57,809 nt of DNA from Candidatus Micrarchaeota archaeon. GTDB lineage: Archaea > Micrarchaeota > Micrarchaeia > Norongarragalinales > UBA8480. The notes beneath the pieces are model-generated. The model saw only the letters and a program-made list of their open reading frames with translations, searched no databases and was not told where the DNA came from. The stretch is taken from positions 1 through 57,809 of the forward strand of contig JAZDHP010000029.1 of the NCBI GenBank assembly GCA_043805855.1, given 5' to 3'. The translations under genes and the position numbers were made by a program. The stretch's first letter is position 1, and each line of letters starts with the position of its first letter. Shown one piece after another: positions 50,062 to 57,809 of the stretch.

Positions 50062-53000
50062 TTAGCCGCAGTATGCGCCGAACACACCGACACTGTCTAA
50101 AAGTGTCTTGCACTGTTTTTGTGCCGGGCAGGATAATATTCTACTTTTTACCTCTCTTACTCCTGCTCTTGGCCTAGTGCAATAGTATTCAGTTATCTTG
50201 CTGTTGTCGCCTTCAATGCACGAATCGCGTTGTGCGTTTCCTCTTACTAAAACATAGCCAGCTATATTTGCGGTTCTTCCTCCGTCAGAGTCAAAACATT
50301 GTGGCATTTCGCTTATTTGTTGGTCGCTAAAGCCAAGCGGCGTGTCTGAAATTCCTGTTCCTGTTTGTGTTTTGTCTCCAGTGCACTCTGTTTTATCTAC
50401 ATTGCATTGGCCGGTACAGCTGTAAGTAGTTGCTTCTCCGTAGCCCGCTTCGTTGCATGAATATTCCCAAATTCGAGTTACTTGGTCTTGTTCATTGCAC
50501 ACGTTTCTCAATGAGCGGGTTATTGTTGGTTGTACGCTTGGATATGCCATGGTTATTCCTTTTCCATTTTCATATAGCGTGCAAGCGAAGTTGAATCCAT
50601 CTTGTTCTTGAGTTTCAATCAAGTGTAAACCATTTGTATTGGTTGTAACTTTGAAGCCAGTTGGCGATCTGAACCCATCTATTTTGTCGCTTGAGATTGG
50701 CATATTTAAAATGTTGGTTCCAATTTCTGGATTAACTTGCAATAGATGTTCAAAGTACAAGGCGCTACTGTCGTAAATTTTGTATTTCACGGTTTTACTA
50801 TTGCTGGCGATTTGTAGTTTCCAGTATCCAAACCGCGCTTTTGCATAATTGTCTTGGGGCAAAGCGTTTGTTGCGTCTGCAATTTGAAATTCAGTTGAAG
50901 TTCCAATTAAAGCTACTGACATAGTAACGTAGCCTTCGCTTTTCCTAATTTGAATTTGCGTAGCTTCGTCAATTGTATAATCTGCTTTTACATTCGTGTA
51001 AGCGTCGTTTGTATTTGCTGGTTTTCTCAACGCTGTTGCTGTCCAGTTGTTAATCTGGAAATCGTAGCACAATACGCTACCAGTATATGGTTTTCCATTT
51101 GCTTCATCGCTTACAGTTACAAGGTAAATTGTGTCGCCGCAATCGCTTCCGCCGAAGGTAATTTGCCCTGCTTTAATTTCGATTACATTTAGCGAAGCGT
51201 CGGTTACTCCGTTGCTTTCATGAAACTTTCCAACGCCTTTAGTGAAACTAGCGTCTAGTTTATAGTTGTTACTGAGCTGAACGCGAGTTGGATTATTATT
51301 TACAATTAAAGTATTGCTAGCGGCTTGAGCTGCTGCGTTTCCACCTACAGGTTGGTTATTTTGCCCTGCCGGGTTGTTTCCAGCTTGGCCGCCAGTATTT
51401 CCGCCGCTTGCGCTAGCCATTGCAAATGGCAAAACGATGTTTTCAAGTTTATTTAAAGTGTATGTGTATGGTTTTTGAGAGCCTTCTTTTTTGAATTCAA
51501 CTCCGTTGTCAGCAGTAGAAGTTCCACTTATTACAGTTTCAACTACTCCTGCTGGCCGGGTATTGCCTGAAATGTAATGCGCCCCATTTGCCTGAATATA
51601 TTTAGTATGCGCACTGTATTCGCTTTCAGTTTGTGAAGCTTTTCCAAATGCCAATTTCCAATTCATTCCTTTTTCAGTTGTAGTGTCATAGGAATTGAAA
51701 ATTTGAATTGTAGCTGCGTCTCCTTGTTCGCCTGGTCTAACTCCCGTAATTGCAACTGGAATTAGTTTATCTCCGATTTTTAAAGAAATCTTTAGGCTTG
51801 TTGGGCTAGTCTTAAACGTGTTAGTGTTTTGTAAATTGCCGTACGCTGTGTTGCTGCTGCGTAAGTTGAAATAGTCGTAACCGTTTCCATTAAGGTATAA
51901 TAGCCGGCCCACCAACTCTTGTTTGTCATTTGGCGCGTTTGTAACTAGATAAACTTCCTGCTTGTCGATATTTGTTCCAAGGCGAATGCTTCCTTTGTTT
52001 AAACTAAACATCACAACTGCGAGGTTTACATTTACATAATTTGGTCCCTGATTGCCCATGTTAATTGAACTAAAAGTCTGCTGGTATATTTTTTTAATTG
52101 TTAACTTATAGTTTGCACTTCCGGCTTGACTATTTTGTCCGGCTGCGTTTCCCTGTGCCGCTGCGCTTGTTTTAAAGTTAAGCGAAACTTGTGAAGGGTT
52201 ATTTTTAGTATAGGTTATTATTTTGTTAGCAGTTGCTCGATTTTCAGTAATTTCTTGCGGGTAATATTCGCTTAATTCACTTTGATTTGTTGCTAAATGT
52301 GGCCCGTTTTGTTTTGTATATGTGTAAACATAAGTTTTTTCTTTAAATGTATTGCCGCTTGCATCAAAGTCAAATGCCCATGCAGTGCCGGCGCCAGTTT
52401 GTTGGTTGTATTCATCTAAAATTTGAGTTAAAACCGCGTATTTCTTTGTTTCTCCATATTCATACCCGTTTATGTAAATGGGGGTTGTTTTGTCTTGAAC
52501 TTTTAATTGAATTTCTTTATTTGCTCCTAGTGAGTTTGAGTCTAGCGCGTCATTGTAATTAGTTGTACCACTCGGATAAATTTTTTCAGTTAAATTCGCA
52601 ACATGCCGGTTATTTGCGTCTAGAACTTGCCCCACTAATGGGAAGTTGACGTTATCTGCAGCGTAAACTATTATTTTTATTATATTCGTCTCTCCGTTTG
52701 GTGTTATTATTGTTGCGCCGTTGCTTGCTGCCAATTCTAAAACATCAATGTTCGGGCTATTGAAAAGACTTCTATCACTTAATGCGATTTGTAAGCTTGT
52801 AGGGTGAGTTTTTGTTATTAAAAGTTTGGGTTGTTCACCTACAGCTGCGCTTCCAGCTGCGTTTGCCGGTTGCATTGCGGAGTTATCCTTGCATTTCTTT
52901 GCAGTTGCATCACAGCCGGTTGTACAGAGTTGTTCTTTTTCCTTTATTGCTAGGTTTTCAACGCACTCGTACGTTTTCAAAATATTTCCTTCGCACTTTG

Positions 53001-54003
53001 CAAGTTTTTGAACTTTGGTCTTCCAAGCTACTTCAGGGGTAGTGCTGGGATAAATTAAAGTAACGTCTTTTGAATTACTGTTGTCGCATTTTACTTGGTA
53101 ATTTGTAGCGAGGTTTTTTATTGAAAGAGTAACTTTGCTAGTTGTTTTACTTGTTAGTTTAGTTCCGGGTTGTGATGTAAAACCAACAATTGGTAACATT
53201 GGGAAAGTTGGTAAAGTTGGGTTTAACTGCGTGGCGTCGCCCGGGGTTGTTGAAGTTTGAAATTCGTTGTTGTCCGCAAAGTAAAGTTTATACTCTGTTT
53301 TAGTTATAAGCCACGTTTCTCTTGTTCCACTCTTTTTCCCTAATGTAATTATCCATAGCCCCTTTGGGTTTGTTGTATCGTCTAAAATTTGAATTTGAGC
53401 GTTTCCAGTGCTTGATGAGCCAGAGGCAACTCGCTTGCCACTAATTCTTATACTTATTGGCTGACTGGTTTGTAAAATTACGTCTTTATTAGTAATTGCA
53501 AACACGGAGTTTTGAATGTTCGTAAACAAGATTGTACTAGTGGTTGATTGAGAGGTGCGCAAATCAGTTATACGCTCTTGTCGGGGGTCATCTGCTTGGG
53601 TTATTTTACCAATAAGGACGTTGTCTGATCCGTCTAATACTAAGTAATGTTCTTTGGCCGTTCGTGTACCCGCCTTGATATTTGTATTGCTTGTTTTAAA
53701 AGTCGCTACAGTTAGCTGTTTGTTGTTTATTGTTTTAGTTTCAATTGAAATTTCTAAAGTATCGCTTAATCCGGTTTTTGCGTAATTAGTTGGAAGCCAT
53801 TTATCCATGCTGGAAGTGACCAAGGCAGTTTGTGCGTCGACTGAAGAGAATGTTTGCTTGAAAGTATAGTATCCAGTTGGTGACGCGCCGAAGTATAGAA
53901 TTCCAATTGCAATAAGTGCAATTATCGCTGCGACGAATAGTTTATTGTGTTGCTGTTTTGAAATTTTATTTTTGTTTTTAGTTTTAAAGTTAACTTTGGC
54001 CAT
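50062..54003 (-). CDS. giant (1313 aa) surface protein with an N-terminal anchor/signal and a Cys-rich C-terminal module
   Basis: N-terminal Lys-rich segment plus TM (LFVAAIIALIAIGILYF), a long Thr/Asn/Gln-rich beta-type body with Gln/Gly/Asn/Ala linkers, and the last ~200 aa holding more than 15 Cys. Confidence 0.6.
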   Translation of the reverse strand: MAKVNFKTKNKNKISKQQHNKLFVAAIIALIAIGILYFGASPTGYYTFKQTFSSVDAQTALVTSSMDKWLPTNYAKTGLSDTLEISIETKTINNKQLTVATFKTSNTNIKAGTRTAKEHYLVLDGSDNVLIGKITQADDPRQERITDLRTSQSTTSTILFTNIQNSVFAITNKDVILQTSQPISIRISGKRVASGSSSTGNAQIQILDDTTNPKGLWIITLGKKSGTRETWLITKTEYKLYFADNNEFQTSTTPGDATQLNPTLPTFPMLPIVGFTSQPGTKLTSKTTSKVTLSIKNLATNYQVKCDNSNSKDVTLIYPSTTPEVAWKTKVQKLAKCEGNILKTYECVENLAIKEKEQLCTTGCDATAKKCKDNSAMQPANAAGSAAVGEQPKLLITKTHPTSLQIALSDRSLFNSPNIDVLELAASNGATIITPNGETNIIKIIVYAADNVNFPLVGQVLDANNRHVANLTEKIYPSGTTNYNDALDSNSLGANKEIQLKVQDKTTPIYINGYEYGETKKYAVLTQILDEYNQQTGAGTAWAFDFDASGNTFKEKTYVYTYTKQNGPHLATNQSELSEYYPQEITENRATANKIITYTKNNPSQVSLNFKTSAAAQGNAAGQNSQAGSANYKLTIKKIYQQTFSSINMGNQGPNYVNVNLAVVMFSLNKGSIRLGTNIDKQEVYLVTNAPNDKQELVGRLLYLNGNGYDYFNLRSSNTAYGNLQNTNTFKTSPTSLKISLKIGDKLIPVAITGVRPGEQGDAATIQIFNSYDTTTEKGMNWKLAFGKASQTESEYSAHTKYIQANGAHYISGNTRPAGVVETVISGTSTADNGVEFKKEGSQKPYTYTLNKLENIVLPFAMASASGGNTGGQAGNNPAGQNNQPVGGNAAAQAASNTLIVNNNPTRVQLSNNYKLDASFTKGVGKFHESNGVTDASLNVIEIKAGQITFGGSDCGDTIYLVTVSDEANGKPYTGSVLCYDFQINNWTATALRKPANTNDAYTNVKADYTIDEATQIQIRKSEGYVTMSVALIGTSTEFQIADATNALPQDNYAKARFGYWKLQIASNSKTVKYKIYDSSALYFEHLLQVNPEIGTNILNMPISSDKIDGFRSPTGFKVTTNTNGLHLIETQEQDGFNFACTLYENGKGITMAYPSVQPTITRSLRNVCNEQDQVTRIWEYSCNEAGYGEATTYSCTGQCNVDKTECTGDKTQTGTGISDTPLGFSDQQISEMPQCFDSDGGRTANIAGYVLVRGNAQRDSCIEGDNSKITEYYCTRPRAGVREVKSRILSCPAQKQCKTLLDSVGVFGAYCG

Positions 54004-54106
54004 AGTAGTAAATTGGGATTTGTAGTTTTTAAATCCTGTGCGTTACAGTGGAATAGGGGGGTTTTTAAAACAATTATTTCCTATGTGTTTCAATAGGTGT
54101 TTTTTT

Positions 54107-54880
54107 ATGTGTGCTATTGGAAAGACTGAAAAATATTACTGGGAAAAAGTACACTCGCAAGGTGCGATGCTTTTTACCTTGATAGATCCGGATAAGTGTT
54201 TCTTGGACAACGCCGCCAAAGTAGCAAAGCAAGCATACGAGGCAGGGGCGGACGCAATTCTAGTTGGCGGCAGTATAGGCGCACAAGGTAGTATACTCGA
54301 CGAAACGGTTCAAAAGATAAAAGAAGCTGTTGACGTTCCAGTTGTTCTATTTCCAGGCAACATTTCCGGCTTAACGCAGTACGCCGACGCAGTGTATTTC
54401 ATGTACATGCTAAACTCTCGTGATGTTTACTGGCTTTCAACAGCACAAATTCAATCTGCGCCAGTTGTACAAAAAATGAAAATCGAAGCAATTCCAACAA
54501 GTTACCTTGTACTAGAGCCAGGCCGCGCAGTTGGTTGGATTGGCAACGCTAACTTAGTTCCGCGAGATCGGCCTGATTTAGCTTACGCTTGTGCATTGGC
54601 AAGTAAGTACATGGGCGCACACGTTGTAATTAGTGATTCAGGTAGCGGCGCAGCTGAACCTGCTCCAATTGAAGTAATTGCCAGCATTGCAAAAGCATGT
54701 GGCGACGACGTTTTCTACACTTACGGCGGCGGGATAAAGAACGGCGACCAAGCGGCTGACATAATTGCCGCAGGAGCGCATGGTATTCAAATTGGAACTG
54801 CTTTTGAAGCTGGTAACATTGGCGAAAAAGTTAAGCGCATAAAAGCATCGATGCTCGGCGCTGCAAAGAAACGCGTTTGA
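54107..54880 (+). CDS. geranylgeranylglyceryl phosphate synthase (PcrB/GGGPS family)
   Basis: LIDPDK, ILVGGS and YGGGI motifs. ATG at 54107 with GGTG 7 nt upstream. Confidence 0.75.
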   Translation: MCAIGKTEKYYWEKVHSQGAMLFTLIDPDKCFLDNAAKVAKQAYEAGADAILVGGSIGAQGSILDETVQKIKEAVDVPVVLFPGNISGLTQYADAVYFMYMLNSRDVYWLSTAQIQSAPVVQKMKIEAIPTSYLVLEPGRAVGWIGNANLVPRDRPDLAYACALASKYMGAHVVISDSGSGAAEPAPIEVIASIAKACGDDVFYTYGGGIKNGDQAADIIAAGAHGIQIGTAFEAGNIGEKVKRIKASMLGAAKKRV

Positions 54881-54935
54881 ATGGTGCTAGCGCTTTCACA
54901 TAATTAACTTATACTCTGGTTGTTTTGTTTTAAAC

Positions 54936-56174
54936 ATGGATTTTTCTTTTATTTCTTCTACCCTCCTTGCGTTAGCGTTGGGGGCGTTGATTGGGCTAGA
55001 GCGTGAGCGCAGTGGTTCAGCTACGCTTGGGTTGCGTTCGTTTGCACTTGTTTCATTTTTTGGTTTTGTTGTTACGCTTATTGGCTCGAAGTTCATTGGA
55101 AATTCACTTGGACTTGTTGTTGGAATTGGATTCGTAGGCGTTCTCTTGCTCTCGTTGTTGTACTATTACTTCCGCGCGCTACACGGGGTTCACGTAAAAA
55201 CAATGACTGGATTGACGACAACAGTGGCAGTTCCATTAACGTTTCTCTTGGGTGTTTTAGTTGGGCTTAATTTAGTTGTAGAGGCAGTTACAAGTGCAAT
55301 TGCAATTGCGTTGCTTTTAGTTGAAAGGCAAAAGCTGCACAGCGCGGTTAAAACAATTACGATGACTGAAATTGTTGACGGCTTGGTTTTTGCAATTATC
55401 GCGTTTGTAATTCAGCCGCTTATTCCAATGCAGCTGCAAGTGTTCATGGGATATTCAATTGATTTGCAACTCGCGTGGAAAATAGTTGTAATTGGTTCGC
55501 TGCTGTCATTCGTTGCGCATCTCCTAACGAAATACCTGCATGAGAAAGGAGCGTTGCTCGCCGCGTTTTTCGGCGGGGCAGTATCTTCACTTGGAGTAAT
55601 TTACCTTTTCTTGCACTACGTTGCTAAACAACCTTCAGCTGTGCGTCTAGCGTTAGTAGCCAGCAGCGCAGGCGCATACGTTGCGGATGTGATTTTTCTA
55701 TTATTTGTAAGTCCAGTGCTGTTCTTTTCAGCGGGGCTAGCCGTAACCGCGGTGTCAATTGTGTTACTATTGTTAACGTGGGTTTACAGCCGCGAAGCTG
55801 ACTTGCGCGGGGTTGTATTTTCCAAACCATTGTCCCTTGCGTTCGTCGCTGAATTTGCCATTTTATTCTTTCTCGTAAAACTACTTTCAGATTTCTTAAC
55901 TGCTTACTTCGGCGAAACGGGGTTACTTGTTTCGTCTTTTCTTGGCGGGTTAGCTAGCTCTTCTGCAGTGTTTGCAGCTGCAGTTGCGCTATTCTCACAA
56001 GGCACAATAACCGTAAAACAAGCGGCACTGTCAATGATCATTGGTTTGTCTGGAAGTATGATTGTTAAAACGTTCCTTGTTGCAAGTAAATTAAAATGGA
56101 AGGAACCAGTCAAAGTATTCGCGCCATTGCTAATTTCGCTCGCAATTGGCTTCCTGGTATTTTACTTAACGTGA
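54936..56174 (+). CDS. MgtC/SapB-family N-terminal domain fused to a DUF4010-like polytopic membrane domain
   Basis: LALALGALIGLERE signature followed by ~10 further TM segments. Confidence 0.65.
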   Translation: MDFSFISSTLLALALGALIGLERERSGSATLGLRSFALVSFFGFVVTLIGSKFIGNSLGLVVGIGFVGVLLLSLLYYYFRALHGVHVKTMTGLTTTVAVPLTFLLGVLVGLNLVVEAVTSAIAIALLLVERQKLHSAVKTITMTEIVDGLVFAIIAFVIQPLIPMQLQVFMGYSIDLQLAWKIVVIGSLLSFVAHLLTKYLHEKGALLAAFFGGAVSSLGVIYLFLHYVAKQPSAVRLALVASSAGAYVADVIFLLFVSPVLFFSAGLAVTAVSIVLLLLTWVYSREADLRGVVFSKPLSLAFVAEFAILFFLVKLLSDFLTAYFGETGLLVSSFLGGLASSSAVFAAAVALFSQGTITVKQAALSMIIGLSGSMIVKTFLVASKLKWKEPVKVFAPLLISLAIGFLVFYLT

Positions 56175-56182
56175 TTATTTAG

Positions 56183-57187
56183 ATGATTGAAATTAACGGC
56201 GGAGACGGCGGCGGGCAAGTACTACGAACCGCGCTAACGTTGTCTTGCATTTTACAAAAACCAATTCGCGTCGTTGCCATTCGCTCCACACGACCAAAGC
56301 CAGGTTTACAGCCACAGCATTTAACTTGCGTCAACGCGTTGAAACAAATTTGCAACGCTGAAGTAAACGGGAACAAAATCGGCGCAACTGAACTTGAATT
56401 TAAGCCCAGTGCAATTGCCAGTGGAAAATACAATTTTGACATCGGCACAGCAGGGGCAATAACGTTACTCGCGCAATGCGTTTTGCCAGTTCTTCTTTTT
56501 GGAAAAAAAGAAAGCGAAGTTGAGTTTACGGGTGGAACGCACGTTTCCTTTAGCCCGCCGGCGGATTATTTTGCACAAGTTTTCCTTTCAACTATTTCTA
56601 AAATGGACGCCGATACAGAGTTTAGCGTACAGCGTGTTGGTTGGTTTCCAGTTGGCGGCGGAAAAGCAAAACTAATTGTAAAGCCATCGAAGTTAAATGG
56701 AATTGAAATAAAACGCAGCGATATGGCGCCGAAAGTGTTTGTCTCGTCGTTATTCTCAAAACTTCCCACTCACGTTGGTGAAAGATTGGCAAGCGCAGCA
56801 GCGAGTGAGTTAAAGCAATTTTTTCCAACTGTAAAAGCAAAAGAATTTCCCGCAAGTTGCCCTGGCTGTTGTGTTTTTGTGAACTTGAATTACAGTTCTT
56901 GCTGTGCTGGGTTTTCTTCGCTTGGTGCAATTGGAAAACCAGCTGAAAAAGTTGGAAAAGAAGCAGCGGCGAAAGCTTTAGAGTTTCACAACAGCGGCGC
57001 CAGCGCGGATGAACGCCTCGCTGATCAACTTCTTCTTTACGCCGCGTTGGCAAAGGGAGAAACTACATTCACAACGCCAGAAATTACTGAACACTTTAAA
57101 ACAAATGTGGAAACAATTGCGAAATTCTTGCAACGTAAGGTAAAAATTGAAAAACAAAATACGAATTTCGCAGTTTCAATTATTTAA
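56183..57187 (+). CDS. rtcA: RNA 3'-terminal phosphate cyclase
   Basis: GGDGGGQVLRTALTLSCILQKPIRV..IRSTRPKPGLQPQHL matches the RtcA N-terminal signature. Confidence 0.85.
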   Translation: MIEINGGDGGGQVLRTALTLSCILQKPIRVVAIRSTRPKPGLQPQHLTCVNALKQICNAEVNGNKIGATELEFKPSAIASGKYNFDIGTAGAITLLAQCVLPVLLFGKKESEVEFTGGTHVSFSPPADYFAQVFLSTISKMDADTEFSVQRVGWFPVGGGKAKLIVKPSKLNGIEIKRSDMAPKVFVSSLFSKLPTHVGERLASAAASELKQFFPTVKAKEFPASCPGCCVFVNLNYSSCCAGFSSLGAIGKPAEKVGKEAAAKALEFHNSGASADERLADQLLLYAALAKGETTFTTPEITEHFKTNVETIAKFLQRKVKIEKQNTNFAVSII

Positions 57188-57199
57188 TAAGTCATTTTT

Positions 57200-57802
57200 C
57201 TACGCAAATAAAATAAACGCAATCGGGCTGATTACTAAAAGGCAGATTGCGAGCGCTAGGAAAACGTATGGCACGAAGCGAGGTAGGTTTTTGTAAACTG
57301 GAAATAGTTTAATTCCCTTTTCGCGTTGCAACTTTTTCAACTTCGCGACGTTTTCCTTTGTCAACACGCGTTCAATTTTATACTTTGTTAGGAGTTTTTC
57401 GTCGATAACTTCCGTCGCAAGTACATCTTCGTCTTCAATTTTTGCAATTGGAATATTTTGAATAATCACTTCGTGCGTTATTTGTTTTTTCATTGAAATT
57501 GAAAACGCGCTCGTTGCAGTTAGAACAAGGAAAACAATTAATTGCACTGCGCTTATTGGCGTAACGGAGTTGAACCACAAGATAAATGCTGCGGAAAGTA
57601 CAAGCACCAACGCCAATAGCGGCATGTTTGGTTTTGGGTTGATTTTCTTTTCGTACATTTTCAGAGCGTACATTAAACTACTTCCCACAAGTGCGAGCAC
57701 TGCTGCTGTTATCAAAATGGAAAAGATGAACGGATAAATTCCTGCAATCGCGAGGTAAGTTGCGTTTGTTGTAAGTGAAGTAATGGCGAAGTTTTGTATC
57801 AA
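57200..57802 (-). CDS. integral membrane protein
   Basis: 200 aa with 5 hydrophobic segments and a central Lys/Glu-rich loop. Apparent TTG start close to the window end, so the N-terminus is uncertain. Confidence 0.45.
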   Translation of the reverse strand: MIQNFAITSLTTNATYLAIAGIYPFIFSILITAAVLALVGSSLMYALKMYEKKINPKPNMPLLALVLVLSAAFILWFNSVTPISAVQLIVFLVLTATSAFSISMKKQITHEVIIQNIPIAKIEDEDVLATEVIDEKLLTKYKIERVLTKENVAKLKKLQREKGIKLFPVYKNLPRFVPYVFLALAICLLVISPIAFILFA

Positions 57803-57809
57803 TTCTAGC

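Overview
The window reads as a gene-dense fragment of an archaeal chromosome. It is moderately AT-rich, has GGTG-type ribosome-binding sites and many 4-nt start/stop overlaps. My guess is a small-genome (DPANN-like) lineage, but that is inference only. Archaeal markers include the rpl21e-rpoF-DUF655-ksgA block, rpoK, TFE, a histone, RadA carrying an intein, RPA, Hjc, DnaG, a RecJ-like DHH protein, GGGP synthase, archaeal-type phosphoglycerate mutase, enolase, CTP synthase, RtcA and an orphan 5S rRNA. Three things stand out. (1) At 19.9-25.2 kb there is a complete eukaryote-type ubiquitylation cassette: a Ubl ending in GG-stop, an E1-like, an E2, a C4HC3 RING-like protein and a JAMM protease. 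It is interleaved with paralogous kinase-fold proteins. (2) At 31.5-33.0 kb three tRNA genes carry five introns between them. The initiator tRNA has three (positions 9/10, 30/31, 59/60), tRNA-Lys has a T-loop intron (56/57), and tRNA-Cys has a 125-nt canonical-site intron. I could fold bulge-helix-bulge motifs by hand at four of the five introns; the 9/10 junction is less clear. (3) Several proteins are unexpected for an archaeon: a sigma-70-like protein, a single-repeat (half) TBP and a histone with a basic N-terminal tail. The window also holds at least five toxin-antitoxin modules, two of them bracketed by 22-23 bp direct repeats. There is a dispersed ~55-nt leader element with a GC hairpin, a six-gene operon of small membrane-protein paralogs, and two very large sequon-rich surface proteins. 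No CRISPR array, transposase or integrase was seen. All protein family calls come from motif recognition by eye, not from database searches.
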